A DNA stretch of 64,000 bases from Candidatus Micrarchaeota archaeon (GTDB lineage: Archaea; Micrarchaeota; Micrarchaeia; Norongarragalinales; SBBD01): contig JAHJQN010000004.1 in assembly GCA_018819225.1 (NCBI GenBank), positions 685 to 64,684 on the forward strand, given 5' to 3'. Within the stretch, counting starts at the first letter, position 1. Each line of letters opens with the position of its first letter. A program made the translations under genes and the position numbers. This document shows, one piece after another, positions 9,755 through 17,424 of the stretch. The notes under the pieces are model-generated. The model made no database searches. It was given only the letters and a program-made list of their open reading frames with translations, and had not been told where the DNA came from.

Positions 9755-10735
9755 ATGTGTTTAAAGCTTCCGCAACCTCGTTTCCTGAATGCACTGTTTG
9801 GACTCGACTGCACCATTACCCGTAACGGGTCGGGTAACCACGCTGGGCCCAAAGTGAAAAGCGGAGAGGTAGGCCGTCGAGTGTCGTTAAAGCAGGGGCT
9901 ATTCTGCTCCATTCAGAAGGTCTATAGCCAGCTTTCGAGCAGACGGGCGTATTCGCTTTACAAGAACGCGGAAGGCAGAGAGCAGATAGCGAAAGCGCCC
10001 AGCTACAATGTCGTGAACGTGTTTCTGAACCGTGAGGACGTTACTCCACTACTGCAAAACCTACTATCGCTCTCTGCCATGCCGTTGAAGGCAGTAGAAA
10101 CCGACTTCGCAGTAGATAGCTCTGGATTCAGGACTACCTGTTTTGGCGCATACGCCGAAGAGAAGTATAGCCTGCAAAGAGTCCACAAGTTCATCAAAGC
10201 CCACGCCATCATAGGTGTTAAAACGAATGTAATAACCGGTGTCGAAGTCTTGGAGGGCAACAGCGCAGATAGTCCGCAGTTGCCTGTTCTTGTTGAAAGG
10301 ACGGTTGAAGGGGGTTTCATAGCCAAGGAAGTGTCTGCCGACAAAGCATATAGCGGCCGGTCAAATATCGAAGCTATACACGCGGTCGGCGGGACTCCTT
10401 ACATACCTTTCAAGAGCAACGCTTCGGGCAAGAGCAGGGGTTCTTCCCTATGGCGCAAGGCGTTCTTCTTTTTCCAACTTCACGCCGACAAGTTCTTTCA
10501 ACACTATCACAAGCGCAGCAACGTCGAGAGTGTCTTTGGAGCAGTCAAAAAGAAGTTCGGCGAAACCATCAAGGCCAAGAACCCCGTAGCCCAAAAGAAC
10601 GAGTTGCTATGCAAGCTGATAGCCTACAACGTAACCGTATTGATTCAGGAAATGTTTGAACTCGGAATAAAGCCAGACTTCTCTGCTCAGGAAGTCGGCG
10701 GGGGCTCACAAAGTAGCCTTATGAGCAGACTTTAA
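9755..10735 (+). CDS. DDE transposase, IS4/IS5-like, probably lacking its N-terminus
   Basis: 326 aa. Candidate DDE residues lie in AVDSSGF, SADKAYSG and NVESVFGAVKKKFG. The region before VSLKQGLFCSIQKVYSQLSSRRA looks like only the tail of the usual N-terminal domain. The frame closes at a TGA at 9692-9694, only 33 nt from the cas3 start. Confidence 0.7.
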   Translation: MCLKLPQPRFLNALFGLDCTITRNGSGNHAGPKVKSGEVGRRVSLKQGLFCSIQKVYSQLSSRRAYSLYKNAEGREQIAKAPSYNVVNVFLNREDVTPLLQNLLSLSAMPLKAVETDFAVDSSGFRTTCFGAYAEEKYSLQRVHKFIKAHAIIGVKTNVITGVEVLEGNSADSPQLPVLVERTVEGGFIAKEVSADKAYSGRSNIEAIHAVGGTPYIPFKSNASGKSRGSSLWRKAFFFFQLHADKFFQHYHKRSNVESVFGAVKKKFGETIKAKNPVAQKNELLCKLIAYNVTVLIQEMFELGIKPDFSAQEVGGGSQSSLMSRL

Positions 10736-10743
10736 GAGCAAAG

Positions 10744-10849
10744 CTCCCTTCCGGCCATCGACGAGGACCGTTTCGTTGCCCGCCATTTCCTATCCTTTCC
10801 TATCCCCTACCCGGAAGCCCGCTATGACCTAGGAAATGAACTCACTGCC
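10744..10849 (+). repeat. Repeat C1, about 105 nt
   Basis: Manual alignment to 13854-13958 gives 82/102 identical positions. Contains CTTCCGG...CCGGAAG and CATTTCCTA...TAGGAAATG complementary pairs in interleaved order. Confidence 0.85.
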
Positions 10850-10882
10850 CTAAAACGGATATGTCCGTGTTTTGACTATATA

Positions 10883-10950
10883 CATTTGCCCCTTCATAAA
10901 GGGGTAAAAATAGGTATATTTGCCCCTCTAAAGAGTAACATTTATAAACA
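10883..10950 (+). promoter_or_regulatory. Promoter/operator region of the ATPase cassette
   Basis: Half-sites ATTTGCCCCT at 10884-10893 and 10918-10927, with an inverted copy AAGGGGTAAA at 10899-10908. TATA-like ACATTTATAAAC lies about 25 nt before the ATG at 10971. Confidence 0.45.
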
Positions 10951-10970
10951 AAGTCCCTTACAATGGTTGT

Positions 10971-12404
10971 ATGGACGATGCAGAATTGTTGAAATTGCTT
11001 TATACGTTTAATCCTTGGTGGGAAGGCAAAACGGTAAGTGTGCCTGAGAAGAAGCGGCGAGATTATTACGTATTATTGAAAGCGTTAGAGGACAAACAGA
11101 TAACTGCTATCCTTGGTCCTCGTAGGGTAGGGAAGTCCGTGTTAATGCAGCAGCTTATTACCCAATTATTGGAGGAAAAAGTAAATCCGAAAAGTATTCT
11201 GTTCGTACGTTTGGACGAGCCGCGTTTTGATCAAGAAAAGGGGCTTCTGATCAATCGTTTGCTTGAGGTATACTTGAAATACGTGCTTGAGTCGGAATTG
11301 GGTTCTTATCCAAAGAAAATCTATATTTTACTGGATGAAATCCAGCATGTTGAAAAATGGAACGAGACGTTAAAAAGTTATTACGATAGGGGGTACAAGA
11401 TTAAATTCGTGGTCAGTGGTTCTTCTGCTGCGGGGATAACAAAGGGAAGCTCAGAGTCCCTTGCTGGCAGAATTTCGATTCATCTCGTCATGCCTTTGAA
11501 ATTCATTGATTATCTAAAATTTAAGGGGATAAACGGCAATATTGAAAATGTAAGTTTTAGGCTTCGGGAAAGTTTAAAGTCCGCAATTGAAAAAGGAAAC
11601 GCATCTGATTTCGTAAAGGGCTTGAACAACAATTTATCAAATGCAGTGCAGAAGCAAGCTCAAATTGAACGCCTTCTTTCCGAATATATGATTAAGGGTG
11701 GATATATCGAGCTTATTGAAAATAAGGATTATGCTTGGTGTGCAAAATATCTTCAAGACCTTATGCAATTAGTGATCTACAAAGATATTGTTAAGGTGTT
11801 TGGAATTAGAAATCCAAAAGCAATGGAAGATTTACTACTCTTTTTAGGAAACCATTCATCCGAATTGTTCTCAGAAACAAGCGCATCTTCAAAACTTAAT
11901 ATGAAGCAGGAAACCGTTGGTGAATATTTAGATTATCTTGAAGAGGTTTTTTTGGCAAGGCGATCGGCAATATACTCTAAAAATAGGTCAAAGCAATTGC
12001 GGAATCCAAAAAAAGTGTATATTTGCGATACCGGAATCCGAAACGTTCTAAACGGCACTTATTCGAGAAGTGCTTTGCGGGATAGTAAAGACGTCGGTTT
12101 GATGGCAGAAACTGTTGCCCATGACCATCTAGTGCGGTTGGCTTTTCATCTCAACTCATATGATCCGAAGTGCTATTATTGGAAGAATGGGAAAGAAATT
12201 GACAACGTTATCGTCCATGGAAAGAAAGCAATTCCGATTGAAGTAAAATATAAAAACGACATCGTCTCTGAAGATTCAAAGTGTTGCTCGGAATTTATTG
12301 TAAGAAATGACAGTCCTTTTGGTATAGTAATTACAAAGGATAAATTTTCTCACAAAGATAAAATTATTTTCGTCCCATTTTGGTATTTTCTTCTTTTATG
12401 CTAA
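10971..12404 (+). CDS. AAA+ ATPase, COG1373/DUF4143-like
   Basis: 477 aa. Walker A GPRRVGKS and Walker B ILLDEIQHV. Length and C-terminal architecture are typical of the archaeal 'ATPase plus DUF4143' family. Confidence 0.75.
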   Translation: MDDAELLKLLYTFNPWWEGKTVSVPEKKRRDYYVLLKALEDKQITAILGPRRVGKSVLMQQLITQLLEEKVNPKSILFVRLDEPRFDQEKGLLINRLLEVYLKYVLESELGSYPKKIYILLDEIQHVEKWNETLKSYYDRGYKIKFVVSGSSAAGITKGSSESLAGRISIHLVMPLKFIDYLKFKGINGNIENVSFRLRESLKSAIEKGNASDFVKGLNNNLSNAVQKQAQIERLLSEYMIKGGYIELIENKDYAWCAKYLQDLMQLVIYKDIVKVFGIRNPKAMEDLLLFLGNHSSELFSETSASSKLNMKQETVGEYLDYLEEVFLARRSAIYSKNRSKQLRNPKKVYICDTGIRNVLNGTYSRSALRDSKDVGLMAETVAHDHLVRLAFHLNSYDPKCYYWKNGKEIDNVIVHGKKAIPIEVKYKNDIVSEDSKCCSEFIVRNDSPFGIVITKDKFSHKDKIIFVPFWYFLLLC

Positions 12405-12432
12405 TAATGAATCATTGACGAAAAACCTTGCC

Positions 12433-12551
12433 GCTGCTCATGATTTATTTCATCTCGCCAAAGGTTGATTTATATTTTCGCGCCGAATTCGGTAATCTAA
12501 TGCCGACAATTTTGATGCTTTTAGCCTACGGCAAGGAATGCGGCCAAGGCG
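12433..12551 (+). repeat. Cassette-junction element copy A1 (degenerate)
   Basis: Contains GCTGCTCATGATTTATTTCATCTCGCCAAAGGTTGATTTAT, the palindrome GCCGAATTCGG and the end GGCCAAGGCG. Aligns with 17425-17540. Confidence 0.85.
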
Positions 12552-12616
12552 CTTGAGTTTCAACCCAAACGCCCTGTTAATCCGTGTCTGCGGGTTTTAC
12601 CGTACAATATCGTTCG

Positions 12617-12695
12617 AAAATGTGTGGTAATTCTGTCCCTTTGGGTTTTGGCACACATTTGTTCCTTGAAATGTGTGGTAAGATTAATTAAGTCC
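12617..12695 (+). promoter_or_regulatory. Promoter/operator region of Fic cassette 1
   Basis: Exact 13-nt direct repeat AAATGTGTGGTAA at 12618-12630 and 12669-12681. Inverted copy CACACATTT at 12652-12660. TATA-like GATTAATTAAG lies about 25 nt before the ATG at 12714. Confidence 0.45.
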
Positions 12696-12713
12696 AAACT
12701 GCATACTATTTGC

Positions 12714-13646
12714 ATGAGGATTCGCAAGAAGGGTGTCAACGGAAAAGAGTACTATTACCTAGAGGAAACACTCAGGTTGGAAAAGCCTAAAGCGTATTCG
12801 ATATTCCTTGGTGCAAAAAAGCCCGGAAAAAGGCAGCTTGAGGCCTTCCGGAGGAAGCTGATCGATAAAATTTATGATGATTTGCTTTGGAAAAGGGGAC
12901 GGGTTTACCTTTCCAAAGAGCAATTGATTGAAGCTGAAAAACGAAGGCGGCGGTATACCGCGAGGGTTAAACGCCTGGGAAGGGCGGCTCGAGATGAAAA
13001 AGACGAAACCGATACCGTCAATTTTGTTTATACCACTCTCACGACCGAAGGGGTGCCGATAACCAAGGAAGACGCGAGCCTCGCCTACCGGTTTACCCAG
13101 AAGAACGTCAAGAGCCTGAGGGACGAGAGCCTTCGGGTAGCGCTTGACATGATTAAGGGGCTAAGGTTTGTCAAGGAGAGCAAAACCGGCATTTCAATGG
13201 ATTTCTTCCTCAATTTGCATGAAATCATCATGGCGGAATATGGCGAAACGGGGCCGGGAAGCATCCGGGACGTGCCAGCCTTCATTTACCTGAAAAGCCT
13301 TGAGAAAGTCGAGGAAATTGGCTTTAGGCCTTCTCCGCCAGATATGATAAGAAAGAAGCTTGAGGAATTGGTCGTATGGTATAATGCAAACATAGGCAAA
13401 TTGAACGCAATCGAGTTTGCAAGCCTGTTACACCTCCGCTTTTACATGATTCACCCTTTCAAGGACGGAAATAAGCGTATATCCAGGCTGCTTCTTAACA
13501 AGGCATTCCTTGATTCGGGCTATCCGATGCTGAACATTTCCAAGCAGTCGATGGACTATTTCGATGCCCTGATAAGATCGGTGGAAAGGAAAGCCGAGCG
13601 ACCGTTCGTCGAGTTTGTTTACGCCCGGTTTATTCAGGATATTTGA
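12714..13646 (+). CDS. Fic-domain protein with a non-canonical active-site motif
   Basis: Fic motif HPFKDGNKRISR, where canonical HxFx(D/E)GNGRxxR has G and this has K. Inhibitory-helix-like TLTTEG. I prefer the ATG at 12714 (MRIRKKGVNGKEYYYLEE, parallel to the N-terminus of the second Fic) over the GTG at 12624 given in the ORF track. Confidence 0.8.
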   Translation: MRIRKKGVNGKEYYYLEETLRLEKPKAYSIFLGAKKPGKRQLEAFRRKLIDKIYDDLLWKRGRVYLSKEQLIEAEKRRRRYTARVKRLGRAARDEKDETDTVNFVYTTLTTEGVPITKEDASLAYRFTQKNVKSLRDESLRVALDMIKGLRFVKESKTGISMDFFLNLHEIIMAEYGETGPGSIRDVPAFIYLKSLEKVEEIGFRPSPPDMIRKKLEELVVWYNANIGKLNAIEFASLLHLRFYMIHPFKDGNKRISRLLLNKAFLDSGYPMLNISKQSMDYFDALIRSVERKAERPFVEFVYARFIQDI

Positions 13647-13704
13647 CCCGCTCCATCAAGGTTATCAGAAAAACGGGTGGTAGCTGCAAATTTGTGATAA
13701 CTGA

Positions 13705-13780
13705 CCAAGGGTTATTTAAATTTTCGTGCTTAATTTGGCACTGTGGTGCCAACTTTTCGAAGGGGTCTAGACGCAGGTGA
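13705..13780 (+). repeat. Cassette-junction element copy B1
   Basis: CCAAGGGTTATTTAAATTTTCGTGCTTAATTTGGCACTGTGGTGCCAACTTTTCGAAGGGGTCTAGACGC. Same architecture as the other copies. Confidence 0.8.
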
Positions 13781-13853
13781 ATGCCTCGCCCTCAAAACCG
13801 CTTGTTTTTCACCCCTGGCACAGCTCTTCTTGCTCGAATCTATATAACGTCTG

Positions 13854-13958
13854 CTCCTTCCGGCCATTGACGAGAGCTATTATGTTGCCCGCCATTTCTT
13901 ATGCTTTCCCATTTCCTACTCGGAAACCTACCGTGACATAGGAAATGAACTCTCTGCC
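13854..13958 (+). repeat. Repeat C2, a solo copy of the transposase 3' flank
   Basis: See C1. There is no transposase next to this copy. Confidence 0.85.
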
Positions 13959-13976
13959 GGAGAACCTTCTACATAT

Positions 13977-14038
13977 GCCAAATGTAGTGGGGAACTATAG
14001 CCGATAAACTTAAATAGTCTTCGCCACTACAATTTGGC
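13977..14038 (+). promoter_or_regulatory. Promoter/operator region of Fic cassette 2
   Basis: Inverted repeat GCCAAATGTAGTGG (13977-13990) and CCACTACAATTTGGC (14024-14038) brackets a TATA-like AAACTTAAATAGTC. It ends at the ATG at 14039. Confidence 0.5.
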
Positions 14039-14956
14039 ATGACATTCGTTAGAAAGAGAAGCAAGGGCAACACGTACTACTACGAGCTTGTGGAAAGCCG
14101 CCGGGAAGGCGGCAAGGTCCGGCAGAACGTCCTGAAATACTTTCCAAGCGCGCATGAGGCTGAAAGCTACGCCAAGGGCGCAGGAATTGAGTTTAGAATG
14201 GCCCAAGAGAATTGGATTGATTCCACTTTGGCGCAAAGACTGGAAGACAAGCTCCGAAAACTGAATTCATTGCGTCCGCTTCCGCAGGAAATGCTCAAGC
14301 GGTTGCGCGAGAAGTTCGAGGTTGACATGACGTATAATTCCAACGCCATCGAGGGCAACCGCCTTAACTTGAGGGAAACCTGGCTCGTCCTGAGAAAGGG
14401 TATGACGATACGCGGAAAGTCGATGGTTGAGCACTTGGAGGCCACCAACCACTTGGAAGCTCTCAGTTTGCTTGAAAAAATGGCTAACCGTAAAAAGGAA
14501 GTAGTCGAAGCGGATGTCTTATCCCTGCATGCGGCGGTTCTTGATAAAATCGACTCCCCGAACGCTGGCTTTTACCGGCATGAGCAAGTCTACATCCAGG
14601 GTTCGAAACTCACACTTCCAAATTGGAGGAAAGTCCCGGAAATGATGAAAACGGTATTCGGTGAATTCAAAGCCCGAAAGACCAGAATTGAGGCGGTTTA
14701 CTCGGCGGTTAAAATTCACTACGAAACCGTCCGAATCCACCCCTTCGTCGACGGCAACGGAAGGCTTGCCCGCCTGTTAATGAACCTGAGGCTGATGCGC
14801 GCTGGCTTTCCTCCAATGGTGCTGCGCCGAGAGGAAAGGCGTGCCTATTACTCGGCGCTTGAAAAAGCCGACAAGGGCGACTTTAGGCCGATATCCATGC
14901 TGGTTGCAAAGGACGTTGAAGCTGCGTTGGATCTTTACTTGGACTCAGTCGCATGA
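14039..14956 (+). CDS. Fic-domain protein (canonical AMPylase-type motif)
   Basis: 305 aa. HPFVDGNGRLARLL matches HxFx(D/E)GNGRxxR. N-terminal inhibitory motif SNAIEGN. Confidence 0.88.
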   Translation: MTFVRKRSKGNTYYYELVESRREGGKVRQNVLKYFPSAHEAESYAKGAGIEFRMAQENWIDSTLAQRLEDKLRKLNSLRPLPQEMLKRLREKFEVDMTYNSNAIEGNRLNLRETWLVLRKGMTIRGKSMVEHLEATNHLEALSLLEKMANRKKEVVEADVLSLHAAVLDKIDSPNAGFYRHEQVYIQGSKLTLPNWRKVPEMMKTVFGEFKARKTRIEAVYSAVKIHYETVRIHPFVDGNGRLARLLMNLRLMRAGFPPMVLRREERRAYYSALEKADKGDFRPISMLVAKDVEAALDLYLDSVA

Positions 14957-15037
14957 GTTAATACTGTGATTGAGTGCCGTATCGATATGAGGGATTTCAA
15001 CCCCCCGGCTAGACGCCTAGGCACGGATTCGAACCGA

Positions 15038-16123
15038 CTATTCTACACTTTTCTGGGTGCCTTTTTGGAGATCCTTGAGTTCTTGGATGATGACATTGAG
15101 GTTTAGTAGTTGTGCGACGTGCATGACGTATAAATTGTGGTCTGGGCGGCTGAATATTTCTGGTTTTGCTAGAAATTGTCCCACTCGGGAGTCGTACGGC
15201 GATAGCTTTCTGTCCGCTTTGGATAGTTGTTTTATCGCAATGCGGGGGCTTCCGTAAATGCTTGCTGCGGTTTGAGCGTGTTTGGTGAAATCCGTTCTTC
15301 CACGTGCATTAACCAGAAGGTTGCGCAGTTCTTTTTTTTGTTTGGGTGTGCCTCCGGCTGCTGCTGCGATTCTTCTTGCCGCGAGAGACCATACGACCCC
15401 CTTTATTCGGTTGTATTTTGCTATCGCTTGCGGCTTGCCTTCGAGCAGTTCGTCCAAGTCGTAGGGTGTCTTGGCGTATAGCCGATCGAATTTGCGTTTT
15501 AATTCCTTGAACGTTTTCCAATGGGCGATGTTAGTCTTCTCTGCCGGTATGGCCTTGGCGGCTTTTACTGGTTTGTGTTCTTTTACCGCTTGGAGGTATG
15601 CGGTTAGCCCGTTTTGGTGGGCGGTAATGTTGGTTAACCTGTTAGAATATTTTTCCTGCAATTCCTTGTATTGCGGGTTTTTCAGAAGATCTTCTTCCAT
15701 GGCGTAGGAGTAGATTGCGACCTTTACTTTCGGGTGCCGTTCAAGCACTTCGCGTGCGACCGAAATTCCGGTTACCGGCATTTTTACTTCGGCTTGGGTT
15801 GCAAGTTGGTGAAATTGCCTCGCGTTCGGCTCGCTTGTATTTGCGTCCCTCATGAATTGCAGCGCCTGCTGTTCCGAGCGGCCTTCCATAACGTAGCGTC
15901 GCATTGCTTCGTTAGGCCACCGGATGCGGCTTAGGTCGTATGTAACATGGTCGGTCAGCTGCCAGTCAATAATCACGTGGGTCGGCTTGTGCGCCCGGAT
16001 TTCGCTGTGCATCTCCAGCGGGAATTTTGCGTGGGCAGCGGGCATCCCGTGCTCGTTTATCGTGTTCGTGATTAGTTGCCGTACGCCCGGCTCGTCGTGT
16101 ACAACCAGCAGTTTCGGTGGCAT
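15038..16123 (-). CDS. Hypothetical protein with a degenerate receiver (CheY-like) N-terminus
   Basis: 361-aa ORF preceded by its own TATA-like promoter. The N-terminus KLLVVHDEPGVRQLI...THVIIDWQL resembles a REC domain with substitutions and an insertion. No other recognisable motif. Confidence 0.6.
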   Translation of the reverse strand: MPPKLLVVHDEPGVRQLITNTINEHGMPAAHAKFPLEMHSEIRAHKPTHVIIDWQLTDHVTYDLSRIRWPNEAMRRYVMEGRSEQQALQFMRDANTSEPNARQFHQLATQAEVKMPVTGISVAREVLERHPKVKVAIYSYAMEEDLLKNPQYKELQEKYSNRLTNITAHQNGLTAYLQAVKEHKPVKAAKAIPAEKTNIAHWKTFKELKRKFDRLYAKTPYDLDELLEGKPQAIAKYNRIKGVVWSLAARRIAAAAGGTPKQKKELRNLLVNARGRTDFTKHAQTAASIYGSPRIAIKQLSKADRKLSPYDSRVGQFLAKPEIFSRPDHNLYVMHVAQLLNLNVIIQELKDLQKGTQKSVE

Positions 16124-16217
16124 GATTTGCTTCTGTCTGCGTTTTCTTTAAAACCCTTTCAAAAAGGCGGTTTTCCCAACTTTCATTCAGTATACTGTCG
16201 GGCATTTGACAAGAAAA

Positions 16218-17276
16218 TTATTTTCTAGTCCTTTGGAGTTTTCTTTCAGCTTTTAATATGCGTCTTTGATTAGGGTGGCGCATTTTGAAGTGTTCCCAAT
16301 CCAGTAAATAGGGAAGTCGTTCGTGTTCGCGGGATTGACCTTTCCAGGCGGGTGCGTCATATAATTCCCTTCTTTTCCCTAATTGTCGTATGTTAACCCA
16401 TGGAAAGCCTATTTCCGGTAGGGCAACTTTCTGTCGCATCATTTTGGCGAATCCGGGGCTTCGCGCGGTTGCTTTTATGAGTCCGGTTCGGATGATTCCG
16501 CCTGTCCGGTTTGCTGCCCTGCTGTAGGCGGATTCCGCGTGCAATCCGTATTCTGCGACAAGGCGGCCGATGGCGACGTCCTCCCATGGATGTAATACAG
16601 CGAATAATCTTCTGCGTTCATGTTTATCTCTGCCCATGAACAGGAGGCGGTTGTATTCCAGTGCGGCGAGTTCCTTTTCGAAACGAGCAAGTTTTCGGTC
16701 GGAAAGGTTCGGGCTCTTTTGTTTTAATGTTTGTACGCCGTTTCTGGCGATGACTCTTCCGAGGATGCGCAACAGGCTGTCTTTCGTGCGTTCGGAGGCT
16801 CTCGTTTTTCCGGCGTTTCGGCGCTGGACTTTGTGGAATCGTGCGATGAGCTGGTCGGGAAGCATTCGGAAATCGAGAGGTTCTTCCATCCATTTTATGG
16901 GCGGTGGTTCATTCTTGAGTTGTCTTAAATGGTCTCGTTTTGCAAAGTCTCCTGTGAGATTCACTAGCTGTTTCATAGCCCATGTGGGTTGGCTTTCTCC
17001 AAATCCTCTTTCGTGAGACCGTTCGATGTTGGTTCGGAGTGTTGTTAGGGAGTTTTGGTGGCTTACGGGTTGGTGTCGGAATAGGTATTCCATCGCGTAG
17101 TGCACGATCCTTCTTTTATCCTCGCTGGATCGCGGCAGGCGGGCTCTGGCTCCCGCCATTCGAATAAGAAAGCTTCGCGCGTATTCATAGGCTTCGGGTC
17201 TTTCGAACCTTTCTTGCTCCGCATCGATTCTTGATACCCGCCTTCCGATGTAGCGGGGAAACGTGAAGCGCTTCAT
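16218..17276 (-). CDS. Hypothetical protein, very basic and Arg-rich
   Basis: 352-aa ORF. TATA-like ATATTTAAAACC lies about 25-30 nt upstream on the minus strand. No motif that I recognise. Confidence 0.55.
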   Translation of the reverse strand: MKRFTFPRYIGRRVSRIDAEQERFERPEAYEYARSFLIRMAGARARLPRSSEDKRRIVHYAMEYLFRHQPVSHQNSLTTLRTNIERSHERGFGESQPTWAMKQLVNLTGDFAKRDHLRQLKNEPPPIKWMEEPLDFRMLPDQLIARFHKVQRRNAGKTRASERTKDSLLRILGRVIARNGVQTLKQKSPNLSDRKLARFEKELAALEYNRLLFMGRDKHERRRLFAVLHPWEDVAIGRLVAEYGLHAESAYSRAANRTGGIIRTGLIKATARSPGFAKMMRQKVALPEIGFPWVNIRQLGKRRELYDAPAWKGQSREHERLPYLLDWEHFKMRHPNQRRILKAERKLQRTRK

Positions 17277-17424
17277 ATGATCGTTAATTTGAATTAGGTT
17301 TTAAATATTGTGTGATACCAGCTTAGAAGCCCGCATGTCATTCCTTTCAGATTTTATCGCTTACTTACGCATCAGATTGTTTGAACGACGCGCCTCCATC
17401 CAAAACCGTTTCTCGAACCAAATC

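Larger units (their letters stand above)
9750..10849 (+). mobile_element. IS5-like element remnant: transposase gene plus a conserved 3' flank (repeat C1)
   Basis: The transposase ORF is followed directly by a ~105-nt block that recurs at 13854-13958. No convincing terminal inverted repeats were found, so the boundaries are approximate. Confidence 0.4.

Noticed and set aside
10744-10849. C1/C2 repeats as coding sequence (+ frame LPAIDEDRFVARHFLSFPIPYPE... versus LPAIDESYYVARHFLCFPISYSE...; minus frame MAGNETVLVDGRK... versus MAGNIIALVNGRK...)
   Set aside because: The + frame starts right after a stop codon and has no start codon. Only 4 of 14 differing codons are synonymous, about the neutral expectation. 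All differences in the minus frame are non-synonymous. The similarity is better explained as conserved non-coding DNA.
12624-12713. N-terminal 30 codons of the Fic1 ORF as given in the ORF track (GTG start)
   Set aside because: This stretch contains the direct and inverted operator-like repeats and a TATA-like box. The ATG at 12714 gives an N-terminus parallel to that of the second Fic protein.
15003-15036. tRNA fragment or att remnant on the minus strand (CGGTTCGAATCCG)
   Set aside because: Only a 3-bp T-stem forms and there are no upstream D or anticodon arms. It overlaps the 3' flank of the 361-aa gene. It may be a very short tRNA-derived scar, but this cannot be supported from the sequence alone.
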